Source of the DNA: Mobula hypostoma
Taxonomy: Eukaryota
Assembly (NCBI RefSeq): GCF_963921235.1
Contig: NC_086097.1
Coordinates: forward strand, 125,738,001-125,802,000
Direction of reading: 5' to 3'
Length of the DNA stretch: 64,000 bases
Part shown: one piece after another, positions 1-13,084 of the stretch
Numbering within the stretch: position 1 is the first letter of the stretch
Layout of the letters: each line of letters begins with the position of its first letter
Translations under genes and position numbers: made by a program
The notes under the pieces: model-generated
Told to the model about the DNA's origin: nothing
The model's database searches: none
Seen by the model: the letters and a program-made list of their open reading frames with translations, nothing else

Positions 1-59
1 CTAAAACATTGAGTTTGTGTCTTTAGGCTCCTGTACCTCCTCCCTGATGGAAGTATGGG

Positions 60-1095
60 ATTCAGGGTGAAATGCAAGTTTGGATTTAGAACTGGCTTGC
101 CCAGAGAAGACAGAGTGTAGGGGTGGAAGGTTGTTATTCTGGCTGGGGGTCTGTGACCAGTGGTGGTCCACAGAGATCTTTACTGGGACCTCTGTTGTCT
201 GTCATATATAAGTGACCTGGATGAAAACGTAGGTGGGTGGGTTTGTAAGTCTGCAGATGAAATTAAGATTAGTGGTGCTGTGGATAGCATAGAAAACTGG
301 CAAAGTACACAGCAAGATGCAGATCGGCTGCAGATATGGGCAGGTAATTGGCAGATGGAGTTTAGCCCAGCCAAATCTGAAGTGATGCGCCTTGGTAGGT
401 CAAATGTAAAGAGACAGTACACTGTTAATGGCAACACCCTTACCTGTGCTGATGAGCAGATCCATTGCTCCCTGAAAGAGGCTACACAGGCTGATAGGGT
501 GGTTATGAAGGCATATGGCATGCTTATCTTTATTAGTCTGAGGAACTGAGTTAAGACTCTACGTAGGTTGCATCTGGTTTATTGAATCCAGTTCTGGCTC
601 CCCCATTATAGAAAATATGTGGAGGCTTTGGAGAGGGTACAGAAGAGGTTTACCATGATGCTGTCTTGATTGGCGGGCACACCCTATCAGAAGAGGTTGG
701 ACAGACTCGGGTAATTTCCTCTGGAGGGTTGGAGGCTGAAAGGGGAGCTGACAGAAGTTTGTAAGCTTATGAGAAACATAGGAAGAGTAGACATCCAATT
801 TCTTTTCCTCAGGGTTGAAATATCTAATAGCAGAGAGCATTTATGTAAGTCAGAGGGGTAAATTCCAAAGACAATGTTTTTTGCACAGAGTGGTGGGTCC
901 CTGCATTGCACTGCCTGGGGCGCTGGGGGAGGCAGATGTGATTCAGGCATTCAAGGAGCTCTTAGACAAGAACATGGATGTGAGGATGATGGCTGAATAT
1001 GGGCCTTGTGTAGGCAGAAGAGGTTAGTTTAGTTGGGCATTTCATTACAACATTGTGTGGCTGAAGGGTTTGTTCCTGTTCTTGTTCTATGTTTG
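60..1095 (+). mobile_element. CR1-clade LINE 3' fragment (degenerate RT)
   Basis: ISDLDENVGGWVCKSADEIKI (RT FADD region), WQMEF motif, CR1-type 3' tail ending ttctatgttt. Confidence 0.85.
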
Positions 1096-1204
1096 ATGCT
1101 CCAATTCTCTATCCATCAGGGAGCGGAAAGCCATCTGACATACAGACCCTCTGTTTTATGTGTGTGTGTGTGTGTGTATGTGTGTCTATGTAAGAACAAA
1201 AAAA

Positions 1205-1943
1205 ATTGAGAGAATAGCTGGGATTCCCTTCATTTATTCTGGGCACTATGCTGCTTAACTGGGGCAGAAGACTGTTACCGAGCAGTTTCTAACTAGCATC
1301 AGTCACGTGCATGTATGTGACCAATAGACATGACACTGTGCTTAGACAGAACAGTTTTAAATAGCGTCAGTTGTGTGGTTGTGTTCAAAAGGCAGTGATT
1401 TTTTTCATTGATATGTAATCGGTGGGAAATAAGCAGTAAGACAATTCCGAACCGTTTTGCTCACTGCAGTTTCAAACACTTGGGCTTGAAGATGCAAGAA
1501 ACCATCATGAATGAAAATAAAACAACTTCACCACTTCAACAATTTAGGAACTATGAAGAATTTGAAGGTATCGACAATCATCTTGAATGTTACAATAACA
1601 ATGAAGACTTGAAAGATGCAAATGTTGAAAGCACTGTATGAAGGTAGTTCATTATCTGTACTGGGTGTCTGCACTGATTTTGTTCACTTACAGTCAATCA
1701 AAGAACAGGACAGTGTACACGGGATGAATTCCTTTGTCAATAACTGTTAGGAACTAATCGATAGTTTTATAGACCTGTTGTGGCATTGGTAGTGTTCTAA
1801 TTTGTTCTCTATTTCATTTAAATACATATTGTTACTCAATTAAAAGGTAGTTTGTCTTTTTTATAGCTTTTTAACTAGTTCCATGAAAGTTTGGCTAATT
1901 GGGGTCCCAAAATGTACTGGTCTAGATGTGTCCTAATTAACCG
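1205..1943 (+). mobile_element. Tigger/pogo-type non-autonomous DNA element, copy 1 (5' end lost)
   Basis: Colinear similarity to 44624-45370 (-) and 59497-60258 (+), e.g. aacagttttaaatagcgtcagttg, taggaactaat. Confidence 0.7.
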
Positions 1944-2639
1944 ACCCCTGCAGAACACCTCTAGTCACCAACAGCCAACCATAAAAGCCCTCTTTATTCC
2001 TACTCTTTGGCTTCTGGCAGTCAGTGAGTTTTCTGTCCCTGCCAGTACAGTATCCTCCTAATAATACAATGGGCTTTGTTCTTGTTTAGCAGCCTCATGT
2101 ACAGCACCATCAGGTTCAGAAACAGTAGAAGTAGTCAACCACTGGAGTGCAGTATGATGTTCTCCTGGGGGGCTGTCTATTGGTGGGTCCTCAAATGGCT
2201 GTAGGGGCTGATCCAGGCTTCACATCTTCTGGTGCAGTGTGGACAAGAGTAAGCGGTGACTGTGGTTAGTGGTTGGGACTTCCGGCTGTTCACTCTGTCC
2301 TTTCACAGCACCTTCACCGGTGTATATTGGTTGCTTGTCAGACTCTGTGTGCAGTTTTTCATTGGTTTTTATTGTATTTCTCTGTTCTACTGTGAATTCC
2401 TGCAATAAAACGAACCTCAAAGTAGTGCATGCTAAGATATACGTACTTTGATAATAAATTTACTTTGAACTTTTGAATAAAGAAGGATTGGAATGTCTGT
2501 GTACTCCTCTCCTGTTCCAAACCTAAAGAACGCAGGCAGTCTGAAGTTACTGCACAGAGGTGCTTTCTTTATTGCAGTATAGAGCCTACAGACAGTTTTC
2601 ACTAATTCTTTCTAGAGTTGGAAACTATGCAAACTAGAG

Positions 2640-3245
2640 GATTTAGGGGATTAGTGTCAATTGGTCTTTACAGATGCCTGGTGGAGAGTATCCTGACTGG
2701 TTGCATCACAACCTGGTATGAGTCCAATGCCCTGGAATGGAGACGTCTGCAGAAAGTGGTGGGTGCTGCCAGTCCCTCACAGACAGAGACCTCCTCACCT
2801 TTCAGCACATTTACAGAGAAAGCAGCGTCCAGGCCATGCTCTCTGCTTGCTACTACCATCAGGCAGGAGGTACAGGAGTCTTGGGTCCCACATCACCAGG
2901 TTCAGAAGCAGTTATTACCCTACAGTCATCGGGCTTCTGAACCAGTGGGATAACTTCACTCACCTCAACGCGGCAGTGACTCCACAACCCACAGTCTCAT
3001 TTTCAAGGATTATCTACTGTACCTATCTAACTGCCTGTTTATTTATTTATCAATCAATCTATTTATTTATTTATTTATTTTCATTTGCACATTAGTAGTT
3101 TGTCAGTCTTTATGTAAAGTTTTCATAAAATCTATTGTATTGCTTTATTTTCCTGTAAACGTCTGCACGGAAATGAATCTGAATGTGGTGTGTACAGTAT
3201 ATGATGTCATTATACTCACTTTAATAATAAATATACTTTGACTTC
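2640..3245 (+). mobile_element. Rex1/Babar LINE 3' fragment
   Basis: YRCLVESILTGCITTWY and LPSGRRYRS motifs; tail ...aataaatatactttgact. Confidence 0.8.
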
Positions 3246-3439
3246 AACAATGCTGCCTCCACCCCCCCATTCACAATTATTTTGCAATAAAGATTATCTA
3301 AAAGAAGATATCTGTACATCCCATTAACTGCTTAATTCAACACCATTTTAACTACATACAGTCTATAGCAACTACCTTCATTTATACAACACCTTTAAGA
3401 GTGGACAGCATTACTGGGCTGTAATCTCCATATCAACTT

Positions 3440-4200
3440 TCAAATCACTCCATAGAAACCCATAAAGGCATAAACTATTTTCTAAACAGGGAGCAAATTC
3501 AGAACCAGAGGTACAAAGGGATTTGGGAGTCCTAGTGCAGGATTCCCAACAGGTTAACTTGCGGATTATGGCAATGATTTGCCTAAGGAAGGCAAGTGCA
3601 ATGTTAGCATTCATTTCAAGAGGATTAGAATACAAACGCCAGGATGTAATGCTGAGGGTTTATAAGGCATTGATCAGAGTGCACATGGAATACCTAAGGA
3701 AGGACATGCTGGCATTGCAGACGGTCTACAGAATGATCCCAGGAATGAGGAGATTAATGTATGAAGATTGTTTGATGACTCTGGGTCTGTACTCATTGGA
3801 AGTTAGAAGATTGAAGGAGGATCTCATTGGAACCTAGTGAACATTGAAAGGCTGAGATAAAGTGGACATAGATGGGAAGTATCCAGTAGTGGGAGAGTCT
3901 TAGACCAGAGGGCTTAACTTCAGAATACAAGGACATCCTTCTCGAACAGAGGTAAGGAGGAATTTCTTTAGCCAGAGGGTGGTGAACCTGTGGAATTCAT
4001 TGCCACAGACAGCTGTGAAGGCCAAGTCATTCAGTCTATATAAAGGAGAGGTTCATAGATTTTTGATTAATAAGGGTGTCAAAGGTTACAGGGAATGTCA
4101 GGAGAATGTGGTTGAGCAGGATAGTAAATCAAACATGATCGAATAGTGGAGCAGACTTGATGGGCTGAATGGCCTTATTCTGCTCCCATGTTGCATGGTC
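3440..4200 (+). mobile_element. CR1 LINE 3' fragment
   Basis: KASAMLAFISRGLEYK...LGLYSLE motif; CR1 3' end ggctgaatggccttattctgctcc. Confidence 0.85.
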
Positions 4201-4402
4201 ACCAAGCACTTTTCATGAAGCTTAATCTAACCTTGTTAAAATGGCAGTAGTAGACCGAGCATGTCAATTACGTAGGGACAATTTCCCCCACCATTTTTCC
4301 ACCGTGTGGATTTAAATCAAAATCTAACACCCAGAAAATATAATACTTAGCATCAGACGCATTGTGAGCCAGGATCCACTTTCACGCAGCTCTCACCTTG
4401 CT

Positions 4403-5520
4403 CAAAGTTCAAAGTAAGTTTATCATCAAGGTACATACATCAATAAATCCACGATAGAATGGTAACCATAATGGAATCAATGAAGGACTGCACCAATGGG
4501 TGTTCAGATAGTGTGTGCAAAAGACAGGAACTATGAAAATACAAAAAGAAAGAAATAATAATGATAAGTATATAAGCAATAAATATTGAGAACATGAGAT
4601 AGAGAGTCCTTAAAAGTGAGTCTATAGGTTGTGGAAACATTTCGATAATGAAGTGAAGAAGTTATCCCCTTTGGTTCAAGAGCCTGATAGTTGAGGGGTG
4701 ATAATTATTCACGAACCTGATGGTATGAGTCCTGAGGCAGCTTCTTCTTGATGGCAGCTGTGAGAAGGGAGCATTCCCTGGGTGGTGGGGGTTCCTGACG
4801 ATGAGAGCTGCTTTCCTGCGAAATCATCTCGTGTAGAAGTGCTCAGTGGTGGGGAGGACTTCACACTCGCTGGACTGGGCCGTATCCACTACTTTTTGTA
4901 GGATTTTCCATTCAAGGACATTAGTGGTTCCATACCAGGCTGTGTTCAATATATTCTCCACTACACATCTATAGTTTGTCAAAGTTTTAGATGTCTGGTA
5001 AAATCTTCACAAACTTCTAAGGAAGTAGAGGCTGTGCTGTGCTTTCTTCGTAATTGCAGTTTGGTTCTGGGCCCAGGACGGGTCCTTCCTCCTCCTGAAG
5101 TCAGTAACCAGCTCCTTGGTCTTGCTGATATTGAGTGAGAGGTTGTTGTTATGGTGCCACTCAGCTAGATTTTCATTCTCCCTCCAAAATGCTAATTTAT
5201 CACCACCTTTGATTTGGCCAACATCAGCAACCTTAAACATGGCATTGGAGCTGGGCTTAGCCACACAGTCATAGTTATGAAGCGAGTAGAGCAGAGGCTC
5301 AGCACACGGCCTGGTGGTACACCTGTGCTGGTGGAGATTGTGGAGGAGATGTTCCTAATCCGAACTGACTGGGGTCTGCAAGTGAGGAAATCGAGGATCC
5401 AGTTGCACAGGGAGGTACTGAGACCAAGGACTTGGGACTTGTTTTCAGGGGATGATGGTATTGAGTGGTGAGCTGTAGATAAAGAGCATCCTGGAGTAGG
5501 CATCTTTGCTGTGAAGATCC
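4403..5520 (-). mobile_element. Rex1/Babar LINE fragment
   Basis: [35 protein letters not shown] motifs; 3' tail at about 4403. Confidence 0.85.
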
Positions 5521-5524
5521 CTGC

Positions 5525-6868
5525 TGCACCCGGTGACCCTGTGATCTGTCTCAGAGGCCGATGTTAGGCTGTCTTTCAGGAGGATGAACACTCGCAAGGC
5601 GGCAGGCTCCGATGGGGTACCCGGTAAGGCTCTGAAAACTTATGCCAAACAACTGACGGGTGTACTCGAGGACAGTTTCACTCTCTCACTGCTACAGTCG
5701 GAAGTTCCCACTTGCTTCAAAAGGGCCCAAGAAGTGTAGTTTGAGTTGCCTTAATGACCATCATCCTGTAGCATTCACATCTACAGTGATGAAGTGCTTC
5801 CAGAGGCTGATCGTGGCCAGAATCAACTCCTGCCTCAGCAAGCACCTGGACCCACTGCAATTTGCCCATCACTACAACAGGTCTATGCCAAATGCAATCT
5901 CAGTGGCTCGCCACACACCCTTAGATCAGCTGGACAATACAAACACCTATATCAGGATGCTGTTCGTTGACTATAGCTTGGCGTTTAACACCATCATTCC
6001 CACAGTCCTGATCGATAAGCTACAGAACCTGGGCCGTGATACCTCCCTCTGCAACTGGAACTCGACCTCCTAACCAGAAGACCATAATCCACGAGATATG
6101 CCAGCCAGTTGAGTGGTGTCGTAGCAACAACCTTGCACTCAATGTCAGGAAGGCCGAAGAGCTGATTGTGGACAGCAGAAAGGGCAGGACAAGGGAACAC
6201 AAACCAACCCTCATAGAGAGCTCAGAAGTGGAGAGAGTGAGAAATTTCAAATTTCTGGGTATCAGTATCTCTGAGGATCTAACCTGGTCCCAACATATCA
6301 ATGCAGCTATAAAGAAGGCAAGACGGTGGCTATATTTCACTAGGAGTTTGAGATTTGGTTTGTCACCTAAGACACTTGAAAACTTCTACAGATATATTGT
6401 GGAGAGCATTCTGACAGGCTGCATCACTGTCTGGTATGGGTGGGGTGAGGGGCTACTGTACAGGATCAAAAGAAGCTGCAGAACATTGCAAAATTAGTCA
6501 GCTCCATCTTGGGTACTAGCCCCCGTAGATCTGAGACATCTTCAAGGAGTGGTGTCTCAGAAAGTCAGCGTCCATGATTAAGGACTTCCATCACCCAGGG
6601 CATGCCCTCTTCTCATTGTTACCATCAGGAAGGAGATACAGAAGCCTGAAGGCTCACACTCAGTGATTCAGGAACAGCTTCTTCCCCTCTGCCATCCAAT
6701 CAATGGACATTGAACACTACTTTTAATCTAACTATTTAATACACATATATATTCTTACTGTAATTGATTTGCTTATTTATTTATTTTCCTATATTGCATT
6801 GTACTGCTGCTGCTAAGTTAACAAATTTCACGAATATGCCGGTGATGGTAAACCTGGTTGTGATTCGG
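5525..6868 (+). mobile_element. Rex1/Babar LINE fragment (RT to 3' tail)
   Basis: CLNDHHPVAFTSTVMKCF, LDPLQFA, RMLFVDYSLAFNTI, ESILTGCITVWYG. Confidence 0.88.
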
Positions 6869-6869
6869 T

Positions 6870-7605
6870 ACACATGTTCCAGGATTGATTGAAGTGCCAG
6901 TGAGATAGCATCTGATGTAGACCCGTTGTCCGGTAGGCAAACTGGAGCAGATCCAAGTGGATGTCAGTGCTACTGGATGGTAGTCACTGAGGCAGGTTAC
7001 CACGTTCTTCTTGGCACCGGTATAATCGAAGCCTGCTAGAAACGGGTGGGTACCTGAGACTGCAGAAGCAAGAGGTGAAAGATCTCGGTGAGCACTCCAG
7101 CCAGCTGACCAGCACAGACTTTTAGTACTTGGCCAGGTGCCTCATCTGTGCCGGATGATTTTCTTGAGTTCACCCTCCTGAAGGCTGCTCGCACGTCGGC
7201 CTCGGAGACTGAAATCACGGGATCACTGCGGGCTATGGGTGTATATGATGGTTCCTCCATGTTCTGACAGTCAGAGTGGGCATTGAGCGTCTCTGGAAGC
7301 GAAACCCTGTTGTCGCCTATGTTACTTCGTTTAACTTTATAAGAGGTGATAGCATTCAAGCCCCGCCACAACTGTCGAGCATCCTTAGTTGATTCAAGTT
7401 TAGCCCGAAGTTAACACTTCACCCGTGAGATGGCTTTCCAGAGATATTACCTGGATCTCTTGTAACTTTCTTGGTCACCAGAACTGAATGACTCTGATCT
7501 GGCCCTCAGCACATTGCAGGTCTCATGGTTCATTCAGGGTTTCTGGTTGGGGAGAGTTTGACTGATTTTGTGGGCACACGCTCGTTTTAATAACCATGGT
7601 GTGTT
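6870..7605 (-). mobile_element. Rex1/Babar LINE internal fragment
   Basis: WRGLNAITSYK...VSEADVRAAFRRVNSRK...CAGQLAGV; CLSDYHPVALTS. Confidence 0.8.
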
Positions 7606-7625
7606 CAATTCTGCTTATTGCCCGA

Positions 7626-7644
7626 TTGCCACCAGGTGGCGGTA
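7626..7644 (+). promoter_or_regulatory. Candidate CTCF site
   Basis: TTGCCACCAGGTGGCGGTA matches the CCACCAGGKGGCG core. Confidence 0.5.
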
Positions 7645-7934
7645 CAGGTCAACAAGTAATGGAAACTCGTCCAACTGTTATAAAAGCCGTCAAAACCTCC
7701 TCCACATCTCTGATTGTAGATTGGGGCATAGCATCTTGTGAATAAAACATGCGAGAGTCATTTTATGTCCTTGACAAAAGCCACAGCCTTTTACTTCAAT
7801 AACAAACAAGCCAAAAGCATTTGCATTACACTGATGTCATTACATCACACACCAACTCTTAAAGTGAACACAACAAATCATTGACGGTGTTTGTGAATTA
7901 TGTACAACAGTTTCTATTATCAAACAGTAGTAAA

Positions 7935-9089
7935 TCAAGGCAACTGGACCTGCTGTGTTGTCTGGAAGACCTTTCGCCACTCATCTGAGAGGCTTCTTCA
8001 GTTCTGACCCATGGTGGGTGGTTTTCCGGCTTGTAAACTCTGTGAGTTGTTTAAAGGTAGAGCAATCACACGAGGGTCGTTAAGAATTGTAGAGGTAATG
8101 AGAGGGTCATTAGTTTTACCTTTGCATGAATAGAGGTGTGGAGACACCGGGGTAGAGATGTTCGGACTGTGTTGTAAGTAGCTGATGGGTGTGTCGTACC
8201 CACCCCCTCTGTTCAGGGATAGTTTTCCAGTTTGACAAAGATGGCTTCTATAACCTCTCTTTCAAACCACCTGCCCTCCCTGTCCAAAGTGTGCACATTG
8301 TTATCATCAAAGGCGTGTCCCTTCTTTTAAGTGTAGATATACAGCCGAGACTTGGCCTGCAGGTGTTAGCCCTCTGATGTTGGGCCATCTGTTTGTGAAG
8401 TGGTTGTTTTCTCTCACCAGTATACAGATCTGTGCAGTTCTCATGGCATTGGATAGCAAATACGATATTGCTCTGTTTTATGTTTGGGTGTAGGATCCTT
8501 GGGGTGGACGAGTTTCTGTCTGAGTGTGTTTGTAGACCTTGAACACCTTCCATAGAACGTCACCCGGTCATTGGTTCAGGTATGTGGATGACACCTGGGT
8601 CAGGATCAAAACCCACGAGGTACAAGCCTTCACAGAACACATCAACTCGGTGGATAATAACACCAGATTTACACAAGAAGACGCCGAGAACAATAGACTG
8701 GGCAGTACTTATCAAAGTAAATGGACATCTAGATATTGAAGTTTACAGGAAACCAACCCACACAGATCAGTACCTACAGCTTGACTCTCATCACTCATTA
8801 GAACATAAGTTGGGGGTTATCAGCACACTACATCACTGTGCCCATCAACATCACAGCTAAAGAGAAGGAGCATAAGTATTTGAGAGAAGCCTTGAAAGCT
8901 TGTGCCTACCCTGACTGAGCCTTCATCAAGACAGTAACAAAAACCAGCAGGGACATCAGCCCAACAGACAGAGGTAAGGAGCAAAGCAGACGGAAAAACA
9001 TACTCATCCCATATGTAGCTGGAGTTTCAGAGAAACACAGAGAGATTTTCAATGAACACCAAATCTCTGTGTTTTTCAAACCTACAAAC
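7935..9089 (-). mobile_element. Penelope-like (Poseidon-type) element with inverted 5' part
   Basis: Minus 7935-8535: GIY-YIG-like QSNIVFAIQC..DLYTGE.KQPLHK. Plus 8539-9089: RT WFRYVDDT, VYRKPTHTDQYL, IPYVAGVSE. Confidence 0.88.
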
Positions 9090-9169
9090 TCATCAATCTT
9101 AATCACATCACTCTTCCACCTATCAGTTTATCCAATGAGTGAAACTCTCACAACGGGGGGGAGGACCAT

Positions 9170-10130
9170 AATAGATAGATAGATAGATAGACATACTTTA
9201 TTGATCCCGAGGGAAATTGGGTTTCGTTACAGTTGCACCAACCAAAAATAGAGTATAAATATAGCAATATAAAGACCATAAATTAATAAAATAATAATAT
9301 GTAAATTATGCCAGATGGAAATAAGTCCAGGACCAGCCTATCGGCTCAGGGTGTCTGACCCTCCAAGGGAGGAGTTGTAAACTTTGGTGGCCACAGGCAG
9401 GAATGACTTCCTATGACGCTCTGTGTTGCATCTCGGTGGAATGAGTCTCTGGCTGAATGTACTCCTGTGCCCAACCAGTCCATTATGTAGTGGATGGGAG
9501 ACATTGTCCAAGATGGCATACAACTTGGACAGCATCCTCTTTTCAGACACCACTGTCAGAGAGTCCAGTTCCATCCCCACAACATCACTGGCCTTACAAA
9601 TGAGTTTGTTGATTCTGTTGGTGTCTGCTACCCTCAGCCTGCTGCCCCAGCACACAACAGCAAACATGATAGCACTGGCCACCACAAACTCGTAGAACAA
9701 CCTCAGCATCGTCCGGCAGATGTTAAAGGACCTCAGTCTCCTCAGGAAATAGGGATGGCTCTGACCCTTCTTATAGACAGCCTCAGTGTTCTTTGACCAG
9801 TCCAGTTTATTGTCAATTCGTATCCCCAGGTATTTGTAATCCTCCACCATGTCCACACTGACCCCCTGGATGGAAACAGGGGTCACCGGTGCCTTAACCC
9901 TCCTCAGGTCCACCACCAGCTCCTTAGTCTTTTTCACATTAAGCTGCAGATAATTCTGCTCACACCATGTGACAAAGTTTCCCACCGTAGCCCTGTACTC
10001 AGCCTCATCTCCCTTGCTGATACATCCAACTATGGCAGAGTCATCCAAATACTTCTGAAGATGACAAGACTCTGTGCAGTAATTGAAGTCCGAGGTGTAG
10101 ATGGTGAAGAGAAAGGGAGACAAGACAGTG
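9170..10130 (-). mobile_element. Young 5'-truncated Rex1/Babar LINE with uninterrupted 261-aa RT C-terminal ORF and (TCTA)n tail
   Basis: ORF 9338..10123 (SPFLFTIYTSD, KYLDD, LQLNVKKTKELVVD, YKYLG); microsatellite tail at 9170-9190. Confidence 0.92.
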
Positions 10131-10429
10131 TCATTTAGAAACTGGAATCAGAATTAGGCACTTGGATAGAGAACTATTGTCCAAATCACTACAGAAAAGA
10201 TAAATAAGAAATTAAGTTCAAAAATGTGGCTGTAACAATACTCAGAAACTGGGTCAAAATCATCCACTTTGGAGAAATCACTTCTCAGGATGGTGATCAA
10301 AATGGTTCATTATGCATGCTGTTGAACAACACAATGCAATGTAATTCCGTGTGTCGTGTGTGTGATGATGCAGAGCCTAAACACAGAGACATGTACCTAG
10401 TGTCACCTTTGACATAGGTTAGCTTATAC

Positions 10430-10866
10430 CGATATCTGAGCCTTGGAGCTCAGGGTCCCAATATTGGTGAGCCCTGGGATCCATACCAAAGATCAAAGCC
10501 TGAAGGTCAGTCCGAATTCCGGAAGACGAGTCCCAAAGCTGATGCCCTGGGTCTTCGAGTCCTGTGGAGAAAGCAGAGGCTGATGTCTGCAAGTCTACAG
10601 GTCCAATGGAGGCTGGAGGACTGTCTGTGTGTGAATGGGTGGCGAGCAGATGGGAGGGAGGACAGGGATTTGTTTTGCTGCTGTTATTTTGTTTCTGTTG
10701 TTCAGCCGAGCATGGTGGGCGTGCTACGTCGGTGCTGGAATGCGTGGCAACACTTGCGGGCTGCCTCCAGAACATTCTTTGCTTGTGTTGGTCATTAATG
10801 CAACGGCACAATTCTCTCTATGTTTCGATGTACGTGTGATAAACAATTGAATCTGAATTTGAATCT
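10430..10866 (+). mobile_element. Probable Rex-type LINE 3'UTR or derived SINE with (gaatct)n tail
   Basis: Ends aaacaattgaatctgaatttgaatct, like other Rex tails in the window. Confidence 0.45.
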
Positions 10867-11039
10867 ACAATATCTCTAGGAGATTGTGTTTTTAAATAAG
10901 TATTAACAGAAATAAACAAATGCCTTAAACTATTTTCTATAAAATTGTTTCACTTTAAGGAGAGGTTCCATGATATTTTACCTAAAGCACTTTCTCTGTG
11001 ACCTGAAGCATTTTAAAAATAATTGACGAGACGAAAATA

Positions 11040-11250
11040 CCATAAGACATAGGAGCAGAATTAGGTCATTTGGCCCATCGAGTTTGCTTCACCATTTCAT
11101 CATGCCTGATTTATTAACCCCATTCTCCTGTCTTCTCCCGGTAACCTTTGATGCTCTTACTAATCAACCTCTATCTCTATATTAAATACACCCAAAGACT
11201 TGGCCTCCACAGCAGCCTGTGGCAACAAATTCCATAGACTCACCTCCCTC
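11040..11250 (-). mobile_element. CR1 3' end fragment
   Basis: cataagacataggagcagaattagg...ggccc reverse tail. Confidence 0.75.
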
Positions 11251-11407
11251 TCTCTTTAGTAAGGATTAGTGAAGCTTTCACCAAATTTACCTTTTTAATT
11301 TATCTCTGGCTGAAAGGCAAGTCAGGGCAGGGTACAGAAGAAGAAATGACTCTGACCTAGTTTCAAAAATTTTCTAAATAAGGTCATTAAAGAATAATGT
11401 AAAGTGA

Positions 11408-11840
11408 AGCAACAGACACAAAATGCTGGAGGAACTCAGCAGGTCAGACAGCAATCAACAGTCAACATTTCGGACCAAGACCCTTCTTCAGGGCTGGAGA
11501 GGAACGGGGAAACGCCAGCATAAAAAGGTGGGGAAGGGGAAGGAGGATGGCTACAAGGTGTTCGGTGAAACCAGGTGAGTGGGAAAGGTAAAGGAATGGA
11601 GCAGAAGGAATCTGATAGGATGGGAGAGTGGACCAAGGGAGAAAGGGAAGGAGGAGAGGCACCGGGGGAGGTGATAGGTGGGTGAGAAGAGGCCAGAGTG
11701 GGAAATAGAAGGGGGAAGAGGGAGGGAATACATTTTTTACTGGAATGAGACATCGATCTTCATGCCATCAGGTTAGAAGCTACCTGAACGGAATGTGAGG
11801 TGGTGCTCCTCCACCCTAAGAGAGGCCTCATGCCGGAACG
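11408..11840 (-). mobile_element. Penelope-like 3' tail with hammerhead-like motif
   Basis: Similar to the 3' end of 32740-35315; CTGAAGA..GAAA core at 11468-11491. Confidence 0.75.
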
Positions 11841-13084
11841 GGAATACAACCAGAGGTGCCCCCAATTTACAATGGGTAATGTAAAGCAAAGCATTCTTTG
11901 AATTAGTCCAGATCCAAACTTCAAGTGTGCATGCTGCCTATCACCAGACCCAGCATGAAGACCGCGCCTGCTGATCCTGACATTTTATATTGGGCCCTTC
12001 ACACCAAATTAATTAACTTAAGATTTGTTTCAGTAACTCCCATTGAAGATGACAGAGACCTGGCACTTCAGAAACTTTAGAAACTAGTGGATTGACATTC
12101 CCTCTACTTTGGAGAGGTGACTGATTTGCAAAATACCTTTGTTCTGTTTTTACTTTCGACTCACTTTCACAGACTGTATAATTCATGGTTTCCGTTTATT
12201 TATTTACTTATGAATGATTTGTCTGCTTTCACACATTGGTTGTTTGTCAGTCAAAGATTCCAAGTACATTTATCATCAAGGTATGTATACAGAATACCAC
12301 TCTGAAATTCATCCTCCTACAGGCAGCCACGAAGCAAAGAAACACCAAGGAACCCATTCAACAAAACATCAAACATCCAATGCGCGAAACAAGAACAAAT
12401 TGCGCAAATATCAAAAAGGGTGCGAACAACACATAGAATATCAAACAACAAACCTGTAGTGTTCAGGTTAGTGCCACGTCACTAGCCGAGGCAGGCCCCA
12501 GGGCCGTTCTTCGCTGAAGCGCCCCAGTTCACACCAATCGCCCCAATCAAACCGCTCAAAAACAGCACAACAAAGAGTAACTGGAATCCAGAAGCACATG
12601 CAACATGGACCTCAAGGTCACCTGAAGTGAGTGCTTAGCCTTGCCGATCAATCCTGGCAATGTAGATCCCAAGTTTCCTGCTCTTTCCCCCGACAGCAGT
12701 TATCAAGATGGGGGGGGGGGGAAGCCAGTCCATCCTCCGCTCTCGTCCTCATCAGCACCGACCTTGCTCAGTAGGAGAGAAGCAATGGAGTTGATCATGG
12801 TCTCGTGCCCCACCTCTGGGCTACCAGACCTTCAGACCACACACTCTGCTCCGAACCTCATCGACTTCCCTGGGAGCACTCATTCGGCCCCGAAGCACAC
12901 CATCAAAATGTAAACCACAGTTTCCAATCTCATGCAGCTGACAGTAGAATCATATTTGAAAGAAGTAAAAGAAATAGTTTTGTGAACTGTCAGCAGGATG
13001 TCATGTTGTTTGCTGGCGCCATCTTGGTTGCTTATTGTTGTTGTTTATATACAGTTTTTTATACAATCTATTGTATTTTCTTTA

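Noticed and set aside
4403..6868. Head-to-head Rex segments as a twin-priming inversion
   Set aside because: Both have their own 3' tails and overlap extensively in RT, so they are two separate insertions.
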